From positions 1,312,001 through 1,376,000 of the forward strand of contig CAVOKF010000007.1 of NCBI GenBank assembly GCA_963696385.1: a DNA stretch of 64,000 bases, in the 5' to 3' direction. The notes beneath the pieces are model-generated. The model made no database searches, was not told the origin of the DNA, and worked only from the letters and a program-made list of their open reading frames with translations. A program made the translations under genes and the position numbers. Positions 20,760 to 31,123 of the stretch are shown here, in pieces. The number at the start of each line of letters is the position of its first letter. Within the stretch, counting starts at the first letter, position 1. The stretch is from an uncultured delta proteobacterium. GTDB taxonomy: Bacteria > Myxococcota_A > Polyangia > Polyangiales > Polyangiaceae.

Positions 20760-21290
20760 ACAACGAAGCTCGACGAGGCACTGGGATAAACTTCCCCTTC
20801 GCGAACTCGATCACCTGCTTGCAGACCACGAGACCGCCGAAGCGATCGTCCCCCTTCTTTCCGCTATCGGCGAATCCGGGTGGGACGTTCTTGTTGTAGC
20901 GCTCTTCACCTCCCTCGAAAAGCGCAGCAAGTTGGCCGTCGGCCCAGACTTTGCCGACCTTCCCATCGTAGATGGTCGGCGATCTTCTCGACCCACGCCA
21001 GCTCTTCGGCAGACTTGTACTTGGCTTGCGCTTCACGGAGGACCTTCTCGACATTCTTGAGCGGCTTGCCAATTCGGGCGCGCTGCTCGGCCGCTCTGAG
21101 CTCCCGTGCGTCTTCGAGTTGACGGGTGAGCCGTCGCAGAGCCGCCACGGGCTCAAAGCGGACCTCGTACAAATGCCGGTGGTACTCACGGGCCACCTGC
21201 TGCGGTATCCACAAGCGATCCTTCACGGAGGCCTGGGATAAGAACTTGTGGAGCGCTTTGCGTGTCTCCGGCAGCTGCGAAACGGAGTGG
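20760..21290 (-). pseudogene. PIN-like domain protein (PIN_8-type), frameshifted and truncated
   Basis: RLWIPQQVAREY in one frame, GEERYNKNVPPGFAD..K.GDDRFGGLVV.KQVIEFAK in another. Confidence 0.65.
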
Positions 21291-21466
21291 ACGCCGGGAG
21301 TGTCGAGAGCTGTGTTGGCTACTTCCCTCCTCCGCCGCACGATCGCTCAGGAGTCGCTGGCGAACAAGCCTTGATGATCGCCCTCGGATCGGCTCGGATC
21401 GCGCCGTACTCCGCGTCCCCGTCTCCCGGCTTGCGGCCAGGGTCGCCGATTCTGGCAGCCCGGGCG

Positions 21467-21918
21467 ATGAGGGCGCTCCGCCAAGCGTGCCGTCCTTCGG
21501 GCGTCGCGCGCGGATTCATCGCCGACCTGACCCGCTCCCGCGCCGAGCTCATCGCCGAGAACGCGCTCCTTCGGCAGCAGCTCATCGTCGCCTCGCGCGC
21601 CGTCAAACGCCCGGCCTTTCGCGTCCACGAGCGAGGCCTGCTCGTGCTGCTCGCGAGCCTATATCGCGGGTGGCGCCAGGCCCTGCTCCTGGTCAAGCCC
21701 AAGACGGTCCTGCGATGGCACAGGGAAGGATTCCGAGTGTTCTGGCGGCGGGCATCGCGCCAGCACGGTCCACGCGAACCGCGCGTCGCGCCGGAGGTTG
21801 TCGCCCTCATCCACCGCATGGCGACCGACAACCGGCTCTGGGGAGCCGAGCGGATTCGAGGCGAGCTCTTGAAGCTCGGCGTCCGCATCGCGAAGCGCAC
21901 AGTTCAACGGTATATGCT
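21467..21918 (+). pseudogene. Integrase-core-type (IS481/IS3-like) transposase, N-terminal fragment
   Basis: ELIAENALLRQQL, VKPKTVLRWHR, NRLWGAERIRGELLKLG, KRTVQRYM. Confidence 0.8.
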
Positions 21919-22240
21919 CGTCTGGTCGAGACCGACGACAGGCTGGGCAAGCACACGCGCGAGCAGAGCGTCGCGGGAGGCTTTCTCGAGGCGTCGTCCC
22001 AGTACGTGCAGTTGGTCCCAAAGCGTCTGCGTTGTGACGTCGAGTCCGTGCCGCCGCAGGATGCGCTCTTGCCGCGCGAGCGGGATGTGATCGAGGTACT
22101 TGTCGATGTCAACCTAGATCGCGAAGTCGAGCGAGTAACGTCCGCCGGGGACGGCGCGCTCGGGGCCCGGCGCGGTCTCGACGCATCCGCCGCACTTGCA
22201 CGCGTACTTCTGCTGCTTGACCTGGACGACGCGGTGAGAA
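21919..22240 (-). pseudogene. IS66 TnpC transposase fragment
   Basis: QQKYACKCGGCVETAPGPERAVPGGRYSLDFAI. Confidence 0.7.
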
Positions 22241-22244
22241 ACGA

Positions 22245-22350
22245 TCCGCGATCGGCCTTCACCTGGCCGGCCGACGTTCGCGTGTACTGTCCGGTCAGAG
22301 CGCCGCTCTTGAGGGGCGACCACGGCGTGATCCCGAGCCCGAGGTGCCAC
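22245..22350 (-). pseudogene. Aldo/keto reductase fragment
   Basis: LGLGITPWSPLKSGALTGQYTR. Confidence 0.6.
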
Positions 22351-22587
22351 GTACTCCGCGCAAACCCTGGTGCTCGCACTCGGCTTGGCACGATCTGGAC
22401 GACCAGGCTAGGGGTGAGGCTTACGAGGCAGCGCCCGCGCTGCAATCCATCGGGGCGGCGCTGGACCCCGGGGGGCTCATCATGACAGCTCGGGCCGCGC
22501 TCCGGCGCATTCATAGGGGTGACGTGATCCCTTTTGGCAGAGGGCGACCGCAGAGGGCGCGGATGAGGTATGGAACCTAGATAGGCC

Positions 22588-22872
22588 ATGGCGACCGTCG
22601 TCGTAGGCGACTTCGAGTGGGACGAGAAAAAGGCGGCTGCGAACGAGCGCAAGCACGGGGTAACCTTCGTTGAGGCCATTACTGCATTCCTCGACGAACG
22701 CGGGATAGCAGCGCCCGACTGTGACCACCCGGGCCGGTTCGTTCTGATTGGGATGTCGCGCGCGCTTCGCGTACTCTTCGTGGTGTCCGCAGAGTCCGGG
22801 GAGCGCGTCCGGCTCATCAGCGCACGCAAGGCCTCCCCCACCCAGCGCAAGATGTACGAAAATGGCCCGTAA
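22588..22872 (+). CDS. brnT: BrnT-family toxin
   Basis: FEWDEKKAAANERKHGVTFVEA and RLISARKA motifs. Confidence 0.93.
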   Translation: MATVVVGDFEWDEKKAAANERKHGVTFVEAITAFLDERGIAAPDCDHPGRFVLIGMSRALRVLFVVSAESGERVRLISARKASPTQRKMYENGP

Positions 22873-23074
22873 GAGCGAGACCGATCTGAGCCGCTACGAC
22901 TGGACTCGAGCCACGCGTGGCAAGTACGTCGAGAAGGCGCGCCGTTCACTCGAGGTCATCGTGATCGACAAGAAGAGCGCCAAGGCCCTGGGCGGGCCCG
23001 AGGCGATTCGACGCATCCTTCAGGCGCTGGCCGAGTCCATTGAGCCGCGGCGCAAGAAGCGACGTGCTGCCTAG
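22862..23074 (+). CDS. Putative BrnA-like antitoxin
   Basis: Overlaps the brnT stop; YDWTRATRGKY resembles the YDFSxxxRGKY of BrnT partners. Confidence 0.75.
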   Translation: MARKSETDLSRYDWTRATRGKYVEKARRSLEVIVIDKKSAKALGGPEAIRRILQALAESIEPRRKKRRAA

Positions 23075-23415
23075 GCGCCCACGGTGCGCGCCCAGGCATC
23101 GGTCGACAAGGAAAACGACCTCGTCACGCGGCACGTGCCGTGCGCTGCTCCCACCTTGAGCCTGCTGAATTTTGGCTTCGTCGAGTTCGAAGTCGCGCGC
23201 GAGAACGTCGATGTCGTCGCCTTCCGCGAACCGATCGGCAATCGCTTGGGTCGGGATTCCTGTCCCGACGAGGACGCGCGGAAGCCCGATTTCAGGTGGC
23301 CATCCTTGGGAAGCCGTTGAGGCGATGGCGTCGAGTCGCGCCGCTGGTCTGCGCGCCGCTCGGCGTGGAGTGCGGTGACGTTGAGCGTCGGTCCGTTGCT
23401 GTAGACTCGTCGCCC

Positions 23416-23883
23416 ATGAGGAAGATCGATATCGAGCAAGCGCCCACCCGTTTCGGCACCATGTACCCCGAGCCCTATGACGTGCCCTGCCGCCATCGCA
23501 AGCGCTGGCGCCTCGGCGCGGCCGCCGGTCTCACTGGGTTTGGTGTGAACTTGTGCCGCCTTCCGCCTGGGACATGGTCCAGTCAGCGGCACTGGCACAG
23601 CAACGACGACGAGTTCATCTACGTCGTCGATGGCGAAGTGGTTCTGGTCACCGATGTGGGAGACGAGATGCTCAAGGCAGGTGATTGTGTTGGTTTCAAG
23701 GCCGGTGAAGCGGATGGGCATCACCTGCAGAATCGCTCCGACCACGAAGCCCTTGTGCTTGAAGTCGGGACCAACAACTCCGGCGGCATCGCAGAGTACC
23801 CGGACATCGACCTTCGGGTCGTCGCGTCGGGTTACGTCCACAAGGACGGGCGTCCCTACCCTACGGCGCCGCGCCGGACTTGA
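23416..23883 (+). CDS. Cupin-domain protein
   Basis: GLTGFGVN, SSQRHWHSNDDEFIYV, GHHLQNRS, YPDIDL. Confidence 0.9.
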   Translation: MRKIDIEQAPTRFGTMYPEPYDVPCRHRKRWRLGAAAGLTGFGVNLCRLPPGTWSSQRHWHSNDDEFIYVVDGEVVLVTDVGDEMLKAGDCVGFKAGEADGHHLQNRSDHEALVLEVGTNNSGGIAEYPDIDLRVVASGYVHKDGRPYPTAPRRT

Positions 23884-23984
23884 CCGGGCCGCTTGCACGT
23901 TTTCGCAAGGCGCGAGACCGCCTGGCAAGGACAAACGTGAGGAGCTACGCCGCGCGTGGACGGTTTGCCAAGGGCGCGCGCGTC

Positions 23985-24161
<177 letters not shown>

Positions 24162-24271
24162 GAGTTCGTGGCTTTCGCTCGGACAATCACGGCTCGCGCT
24201 CTGCGACCACGGACACAAGAGCTTGGCCCGGGCCGGTAGCAGCACGATACGCTCTTCGACGTGCAGACCTC

Positions 24272-24849
24272 GTGTCTCTGGGCTTGCTGCTCGCGGCGGC
24301 GGTCGTCATCGTCGTTCAATCCTGGCGGCTCCGGTGCAAACGCGAGATCGCGCGGGCCAACCATGCAGCTGCGATACGCGAAGAGAACCGTCGGGCCACC
24401 GCGCACGCCCGCACCCTTCGCGCCGTCAACGGCGAACAGGGCGCTTTCGCACTCTTTGAACGCGCGGCTACGAGGTCCTCGAGCGCCAAGTTCGCGGTTC
24501 CTGGACGTTGCTCGCCGACGGCGAGCCGGTCGCGTTCGGTTTGCGCGCCGATTATCTCGTCGCCCGCGACGGGCGACGCTACATCGCCGAAGTGAAGACG
24601 GGGCGGGTGGCTCCCCGCCTTGCCCACGGTCCCACGCGAAGACAGCTCCAGGAATACAGCGCGGCGTTCGACGTTCACGGCGTGATTCTCGTTGACGCGG
24701 ACGCGGAGGCCCTGACGCATATCGATCTCGATTGGTTTGCTCGCAAACCACCTCGTATCGATGGCCGTATCAGCATGCGACTCGTGGCCTTGGTGGCCGC
24801 GGTCTCCCTTTCCATCGGGGTCATCGTGGGCACCGCGATGCATATGTAA
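24272..24849 (+). pseudogene. Membrane-associated PD-(D/E)xK nuclease-like protein, frameshifted
   Basis: RADYLV...IAEVKTG...RRQLQEY; the N-terminal TM part is in another frame. Confidence 0.5.
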
Positions 24850-24975
24850 CGGCGGCGGCGACACCGTGAATGGATGCGGCGGCCACTCAACCCATCGTAT
24901 GCATTACGATTTCCATGGACGATTGCGCGTCGGTCCCTGGCACCGTATCTTTTATTCGGGAAATAAAAGACGGTC

Positions 24976-25548
24976 ATGACCCTCGCAGCGAAGCCCGATC
25001 TCGCCCCCGGCCGCGTCTACCGGACGCGCGACCTGAGCCGTTGGAGCGCGAATCCGCCTCGCCTCGTGAAGCGTCTCGTGCGGTCCGGCGAACTCGTGCC
25101 GCTGGCTCACGGCCTCTTCGCGCACCCGAAGCGCGGTCGCTTCGGGATCGTCCCGCCCGGCGACGAGGAGATGCTGCGCGCGTTCCTCGACGACACGCCG
25201 TTCGTTCTCACGGGGCCCGACCGCTGGAACGCTCTCGGCCTGGGCACGACGGCAGTCTTCGCGGAGCGCCTAGTCTACAACCAAAAGCGGTCCGGCCGCT
25301 TCGTGCTCGGCGGTCGCGCGTTCCAACTGCGCCGCGTGGCGTTTCCGGAGACGCCGACGCCCGAGTGGTATGCCGTCGACCTCCTCGACCACGCCGACCA
25401 GGCGGGCGCGGCGCGCTCGGACATCGTGAACGCACTCGCTCGCGCGCTCGCGGTGGGACGCCTCGACCGCGACCGGCTGCGGACGATGGCGGCGCGCTAT
25501 GCGACGCGAGCGACCCGCGAACTGCTCGACGCGGCGACGGTGGCGTAG
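24976..25548 (+). CDS. AbiEi-like type IV antitoxin
   Basis: N-terminal wHTH-like PGRVYRTRDL...RLVRSGEL...GLF; NALGL.T motif; directly upstream of AbiEii. Confidence 0.75.
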   Translation: MTLAAKPDLAPGRVYRTRDLSRWSANPPRLVKRLVRSGELVPLAHGLFAHPKRGRFGIVPPGDEEMLRAFLDDTPFVLTGPDRWNALGLGTTAVFAERLVYNQKRSGRFVLGGRAFQLRRVAFPETPTPEWYAVDLLDHADQAGAARSDIVNALARALAVGRLDRDRLRTMAARYATRATRELLDAATVA

Positions 25549-25553
25549 GGCGG

Positions 25554-26501
25554 ATGACGTTCGTCCACGAGGACGCCGAGTTCGAGGATCTCTTGCGCAT
25601 CGTCGCCAACGGTCGGCGCCTATCGCTCGGCCTCGTCGAGAAGGACTATTGGGTGACCCACACCCTCTGGGCCCTTCACGCGCAAGGCTTCGACGTCTGG
25701 TTCAAGGGAGGGACGTCCCTGTCGAAGGGCTTCGGGCTCATCGAGCGCTTCTCGGAGGACTTGGACCTGAAGGTGGAGCCGGGCCGCGTGACCAACGTGC
25801 CCGCCGTTACAACCTGGAAGAGTGAGGGCAAGAAGGCGATCGCCGAGCGCAGGAACTACTTCGAGCGGCTTCGTTCGACGCTCACGGTGCCGAACGCTTC
25901 ACTGTCACTCGAGCCCGTCGACGAGTCCTGGCGAGGAGCGAACATCCAGGTCACTTATCCGAGCAAGCACCTTGCGGATCTCTCGGGAGTTCTTCGCCCC
26001 TTCGTCCTTCTCGAAGTGGGGAGTGCCCGCGTGACGCCGGCGATCCTGCGGGACCTGACCTCGTTCGTTCACGTGCACCTCGCAGGGGTCGGGAAGCTGG
26101 CAGAGTTCGACCTGAACCTGCCCACCTCGGTGAGGTGCGTGCATCCGCTCGTAACGTTGCTCGAGAAGCTCGATGCCCTCCACAGGCGAGCGCTCAACCC
26201 GACGGTGGAGCCTGCGACGATCGTCAGACACTTCGAGGACGCGGCCCGCGTGATCGCCGCCGAGAAGGACTTGCCCGCTTTGACTGACTACGTGAACATT
26301 CGCGCGCTTGCTACGGAGATGTTGGGGCAGAAGCAGCTCGCGTCGCTTCCGCACCGCTCCGATCCTGCGTTTGCGCCTGACGATGGTGACAGATGGAACG
26401 CCATCCGCCGTGCGCACGGCGCCATTGCGCCGATGTTTTGGGGAGCCCGCACCCCGATCGAGGAGGCCTGCAAGGCCATCCGTGGGTGGATTGGCGAGTA
26501 G
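25554..26501 (+). CDS. AbiEii/AbiGii nucleotidyltransferase toxin
   Basis: VEKDYWV, FKGGTSLSKG, IERFSEDLDL, TLLEK, RHFED. Confidence 0.93.
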   Translation: MTFVHEDAEFEDLLRIVANGRRLSLGLVEKDYWVTHTLWALHAQGFDVWFKGGTSLSKGFGLIERFSEDLDLKVEPGRVTNVPAVTTWKSEGKKAIAERRNYFERLRSTLTVPNASLSLEPVDESWRGANIQVTYPSKHLADLSGVLRPFVLLEVGSARVTPAILRDLTSFVHVHLAGVGKLAEFDLNLPTSVRCVHPLVTLLEKLDALHRRALNPTVEPATIVRHFEDAARVIAAEKDLPALTDYVNIRALATEMLGQKQLASLPHRSDPAFAPDDGDRWNAIRRAHGAIAPMFWGARTPIEEACKAIRGWIGE

Positions 26502-27262
26502 TAGCTTCCAGCACCAAGACCGCAGCCGTAGTCGCCGGCATCCGCGTGTGGAATCCGGCCGCCTTCATTACCCCTCCCGAGCAATATCCCGTAAGCCGAG
26601 AGCAATCGCAACTGCGGGCGCGTGGGCGGCTCGAGAGCCGATCGCGACTCGTCGCTCGTCTTCAGGTTGCCTCCTTCCCGGATGAACCCGTGGATACCGG
26701 TGATGCCGACCGTCCAGGGTACCACGACGTAGCGTCCGGCGCGTCGAGCACGTATTTCATCGGCGCCCGCGCACCCGATCCTCGACGGCCGGGAACTGCG
26801 GATCGCCGCACCTCTTCGCGTGCGCGAAAAGAACGTACGAAACCGGGTCGTCGGTCATGGCGTTCGCTCGACGGCTTCTGGGGATCGCAAACTTCAAACG
26901 GTGCGATCGCGGCTGACGGTGTTGCCGTGGCCCACGATCCCTTCGTTGCCGCGATGAGGTGACCGGCCTTGGCTGCGCGGCCGGCGGGCGATGTGGTCGA
27001 TTCGCCCCGATTCAAGCCGAACAGGCGCGCGGTCCGTCGCGCCGCAGGGGTGGGCGACGAAGGCCCGGTCGTTGGGTCTGCGGCCGGGCGCATCGAGCTC
27101 TCGACGAGGAGCCCGACCTGCACGTCGGTGCTCAACGGTGTACGAGGCCACGATTCGGGCCGGTGTTTCCTTCAGCGGCGGCGGTTCAGACCGAGGGGTC
27201 GGGCGTCCAAGCGAGTCACCGCCGAGCGTCGAGGTTGACGAGTCGAGCGGAGGGCTCATATC

Positions 27263-27293
27263 ATATTATCGACATATCGATAATATTATCGAT
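27263..27293. promoter_or_regulatory. AT-rich putative operator upstream of the XRE gene
   Basis: Perfect 18-bp palindrome ATCGATAATATTATCGAT (27276-27293); ATATTATCGA repeated at 27263 and 27283. Confidence 0.65.
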
Positions 27294-27301
27294 TATCCGA
27301 T

Positions 27302-27979
27302 ATGAACAACGACAAGAGCGCGCAAGAATTAGAGAAAGGTAGGCTCATCGTCGCCCGGAAGGTCCAGGAGCTACGAAAGCAGCGCCGCTGGACCCAGGTG
27401 GAGCTCGCTCGCCGGCTTCACCTTTCGCAGAGCCGCCTCAGCGAGATCGAGCGCGGAGCCGGCTCCTTCACAGCCGAGCAATTTCTTGAAATCCTGAAGC
27501 TTTTCAATGTCGCAGCCAGCGACTTTGCTCCCACTCGGTCGAGTGCCAGCTCCGAACTCCAGAACGCCCTCGCCCGATTCGGCGCTCTGCACCTTCACGA
27601 GAGCACAGAGGTTCTTCCGAGCGAGCGGCTGAGCACCGCGAGCGACGTCATCCGAGAAGCCATCGTCGCCTCCGAATTCCCGCGCCTCATCACGGCGCTC
27701 GCTCCCGTCCTGATCCGCAACGTCGACCACATCAACTTGAGGGGGCTTCAATTGCAGCTTACCGCCGTGGGGCTCGAGCGAAGACTCGCATGGCTGGTGG
27801 CGAAGTGGTTCTGGTCACCGATGCGGGAGACGAGATGCTCAAGGCAGGTGATTGTGTTGGTTTCAAGGCCGGTGAAGCGGATGGGCATCACCTGCAGAAT
27901 CGCTCCGACCACGAAGCCCTTGTGCTTGAAGTCGGGACCAACACTCCGGCGGCATCGCAGAGTACCCGGACATCGATGA
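27302..27979 (+). pseudogene. XRE-family HTH regulator whose 3' end is replaced by a duplicated cupin segment
   Basis: LRKQRRWTQVELARRLHLSQSRLSEIERG; from 27798 the sequence copies 23631-23810. Confidence 0.8.
27798..27976 (+). repeat. 179-bp near-identical copy of 23631-23810 (inside the cupin gene)
   Basis: Direct comparison shows one substitution and one 1-bp deletion. Confidence 0.95.
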
Positions 27980-28097
27980 GCGCGGCCATCGTCTCCGATG
28001 GGAAAAAGGCTTCTTTTGGTCACGCATTTCGATGGAGTGGGGGTGTGGTCCATCGCCCTTCGTGAGCGGAACGTTGGCGGAGTGAGCGAAGCGAGGG

Positions 28098-28408
28098 TCA
28101 GAGCGAGTCAGCGAGCCGTTGCTGCTTTTCTGCTTGCTCGCGATAATAGTCCTGGTCTTCGTAATCGTCTTTTCGAGTTGGATCGGTGACGAAGGCGAAG
28201 GCTTGGCGGTAGAGGTCGGCCGCGAGGGCGTGATGGCCCAACTTGGCGTGGACCATGGCGGACCGCTCGAGCCCGTCGACAACCTCGGGGAACTCGGCGA
28301 GGAGCCGGGCGCAGGCCGCGAGCGCCTCGTCCAAGCGCCCGGCGTTGGCCAAGTCGACGGCGGAGTGGACAGCTCCGTCAGGCCGTCATCGTCTATCGCA
28401 TCGTCCAT
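28098..28408 (-). pseudogene. TPR-containing protein fragment
   Basis: GRLDEALAACARLLAEFPEVVDGLERSAMVH...AADLYRQA; appears frameshifted upstream. Confidence 0.5.
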
Positions 28409-28846
28409 GGTGAGCAGCGAGGCGAGTGCATGGGCGAACGCGGCCCCGCCCGAGTCCTGGGGAGCACGAGCCCTGATCGGCTCACGAACCTTGGGCGGCA
28501 GGGAGGTCTTGCGTTGCTGGGTGGCAAGCGCCTGGTGAGTGTAGAGCGACGCGAAGAACCGCCTGATCCGGGACGCGTCAGGGCGTAGGACGCCCGAGCA
28601 TTCGTTCAGGACGGGTCGCAAAGGCCATCCTCTTGCGTGAGAGCCGGCGGGAAGGGTCCCCGCTCGTGTCGGCGCGCGTGCTGGCGTAGAAGGCGCGACG
28701 AAATGGACGCACAAAAGAGTGAAGGCCCAGGGCGGCAACCCCGAGCCTTCGGCCCAGACGCGGACGCGGCTCTGGACGCCGCGGACGGTGCCTGAGAGCA
28801 AGCGCCGGGTCAACCCGTGCGCATCACGCGTCCGTGGAATGGACGC

Positions 28847-29608
28847 GTGCACGAGCATGAGGGAGTCGAGCAGCCGCTTCGTTTTGCGTGCTGTGGGGCC
28901 TGCGGCGAGGGGTTCTACGCGTGCGCCAGGTGCGATCGGTTCGGCGAGCGCCGCTACTGCAGCGAGGCGTGCCAAGGGGTAGGGCGCGCGCGGATCTGTC
29001 GCACGGCGCGGCGGTTGGAAGCGACTACGGTGGAGGGTCGGCAGAACAACCGCGACCGGCAGCACTGGTTTCGCCAAGCACATCCGGGCCGGCGAGGCCG
29101 CAAGGCTCGGCAGCGGGGCGTGGTGGCGCCGGTCGCGCCGGGAACGGATGGGCAGGTCGTAACGGATCCCCCTTCTGGTGGGAGTGCCGATTCGCGTGTT
29201 GTGCGCTCGCGCGGCGCGGCGCTCGCCTCCAACCCGGAGGCGGCGACCGAGGCGGCCAGGAGCAGGACCGATGAATCGATGGACGGTGACGATGGATCCC
29301 CGGCGCGAGGCGACGCGGATCCTGATGATGGAGGGGCGCGAGGAACGGATGCGGGCGGTGTTGGGCCCATCGGCGTCGGCGCATCCGCGGGCGGCCTCCA
29401 CGCTGCTCGAGGGGCTGGCGCTCTGGCAGCAGCGCCCGCTCTGCGTTGTTCTCTGTGCGGATACCGAGGAATCTATGTCTGCATTGCGGCTGGAGGACGC
29501 GCTGGGCTTCGGCGTGCGCAATCTGCATTTCGAGGTGGAGGTGATGCTGCGCGGTCCGGCGCATCGCCGTCGCGCGGGCCGTCTGGGGGGATTGGGCTGC
29601 TTCGGTGA
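28847..29608 (+). CDS. IS21-associated Cys-rich (zinc-binding) protein
   Basis: CxxC...CxxC...YCSxxC cluster, an Arg-rich helix and a late CSLC; lies inside the IRs. Start uncertain. Confidence 0.6.
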   Translation: MHEHEGVEQPLRFACCGACGEGFYACARCDRFGERRYCSEACQGVGRARICRTARRLEATTVEGRQNNRDRQHWFRQAHPGRRGRKARQRGVVAPVAPGTDGQVVTDPPSGGSADSRVVRSRGAALASNPEAATEAARSRTDESMDGDDGSPARGDADPDDGGARGTDAGGVGPIGVGASAGGLHAARGAGALAAAPALRCSLCGYRGIYVCIAAGGRAGLRRAQSAFRGGGDAARSGASPSRGPSGGIGLLR

Positions 29609-29645
29609 TCTGCGGCAGGTCTGCTTGCAGGGGGTGTCGCCATGA
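29271..29645 (+). CDS. IS21-associated hypothetical protein
   Basis: AGGAG-type RBS upstream; ATGA coupling to istA; HPRAASTLLEGLALW. Confidence 0.7.
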   Translation: MNRWTVTMDPRREATRILMMEGREERMRAVLGPSASAHPRAASTLLEGLALWQQRPLCVVLCADTEESMSALRLEDALGFGVRNLHFEVEVMLRGPAHRRRAGRLGGLGCFGDLRQVCLQGVSP

Positions 29646-31123
29646 CAGTCAGCAAAGAGTGCGAGAGCGAGATCCTTCGGCTCGTGCAGGCCGAGAAGTG
29701 GCCCGAAGGCACGGTGGCCGCCGAGCTGGGGGTGCACCACGACGTCGTCACGCGCGTGCTCGCCCAGGACGCCACTGGACAGCCCGCGCGCGAGCCTCGG
29801 CCGAGCAAGCTCGACGCGTACAAGGGCTTCATCCTCGAGCAGATCGAGAGGTATCCACGGCTGCGCGCGACGCGGCTGCGCACGATGATCGCCGAGCGCG
29901 GGTTTCGGGGCAGCGCAAAGCTCGTCGAGCGCTTCGTCAAAGGCATCCGTCCGCGCGCGGCGAGCAAGGCGTACCTGGTCTGCGAGCGCCTGCCGGGCGA
30001 GCAAGGGCAAGTGGACTGGGGTCACGTGGGGCAGCTCTCCGTCATGGGAGGGATGCGGGCGCTCTGGGTCTTCGTGATGCTTTTGGCGTATTCGCGAATG
30101 CGGTACGCGGAGTTGGTGCTCGATATGACGGCGGAATCGCTCCGGCGCTCGATCCTGCGCGCGCTGAGCTTCTTCGGTGGCGTGCCACGGCAGCTTCTCT
30201 TCGACAACCCCAAGATCGTCGTGATCGAGCGCCATGGTCGCGCCGCGCGGCTTCACTCCGGGATCATCGAGCTCGCCGGACAGCTTCGCGTCAAACCAGT
30301 GCTCGCGCGCGTGCGGACGCCCGAAGACAAGGGCGGAGTCGAAAGAGCCATACGCGAGCTCAAAGAAGGATTCTTCGCGGGCCGTTCGATCCCGAGTCTG
30401 GAGATAGGAAACCTCGGCCTGCGGCGCCACATCGAATCGGTCGTGATGACGCGTCGCCACCCAACCCTCGCCAGCCGCAGCGTGGGCGAGGTCTTCGCCG
30501 AGGAGAAGGAGCGCCTGATGCCGCTGCCCAATCCGATGCCGACGGCGGACCTGGTGTTGCCTGTCGCCGTCGACAAGACGGCAAGCGTACGGCTCGGGAC
30601 CAACCGCTACTCGGCGCCGCCGAAGTACGCGAGCGCGACGCTGACGCTCGTGGCGGACGACGATCACGTGCGGCTTCTCGATGGGGAGAAAGAGGTGGCG
30701 CGCCACCGACGCTCGTGGGGACGCGGTCAGCGCATCGACGACCCCGCGCATCGTCGCGCCCTCTGCGAGGGGCGGCCACGAGCCGAGGCCATCACGATAC
30801 GCGACCAGCTGCTCGGCGCCGTGCCCGAGCTCTCGGTGCTTTACGAACGCTGGGTCGAGCAGGGACGAAACATCAACTTCATGACCGGGCATGCGCGCAA
30901 GCTCTTCACACTCTACGGGCTGGAGATCTTCGGTTACGCCGTGCGCGTCATGGGCGAGCGCGGCACGCACGACATCGGCGCGCTGGCCCTTCTCTGCGAG
31001 CAAGAGCGGCAGCGAACCGACCGGCCCATGCCGGTGGATATCGTGCTCGGCGCGCACGTCGTCGACGCCATCGTGGTGCCCCACGACCTCGGTTCCTACG
31101 ACCGAAAGCGGGGTGAGTCGTGA
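29642..31123 (+). CDS. istA: IS21 transposase
   Basis: PGEQGQVDWG, LAYSR, FGGVPRQLLFDNPK, KGGVER. Confidence 0.95.
   Translation: MTVSKECESEILRLVQAEKWPEGTVAAELGVHHDVVTRVLAQDATGQPAREPRPSKLDAYKGFILEQIERYPRLRATRLRTMIAERGFRGSAKLVERFVKGIRPRAASKAYLVCERLPGEQGQVDWGHVGQLSVMGGMRALWVFVMLLAYSRMRYAELVLDMTAESLRRSILRALSFFGGVPRQLLFDNPKIVVIERHGRAARLHSGIIELAGQLRVKPVLARVRTPEDKGGVERAIRELKEGFFAGRSIPSLEIGNLGLRRHIESVVMTRRHPTLASRSVGEVFAEEKERLMPLPNPMPTADLVLPVAVDKTASVRLGTNRYSAPPKYASATLTLVADDDHVRLLDGEKEVARHRRSWGRGQRIDDPAHRRALCEGRPRAEAITIRDQLLGAVPELSVLYERWVEQGRNINFMTGHARKLFTLYGLEIFGYAVRVMGERGTHDIGALALLCEQERQRTDRPMPVDIVLGAHVVDAIVVPHDLGSYDRKRGES

Noticed and set aside
24870..25553. N-terminal extension making AbiEii 543 aa
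   Set aside because: It is an alternate frame over the antitoxin gene; the real start is the ATG at 25554 (MTFVHED). The same applies to the extensions on ORFs 16201, 52927 and 37244.
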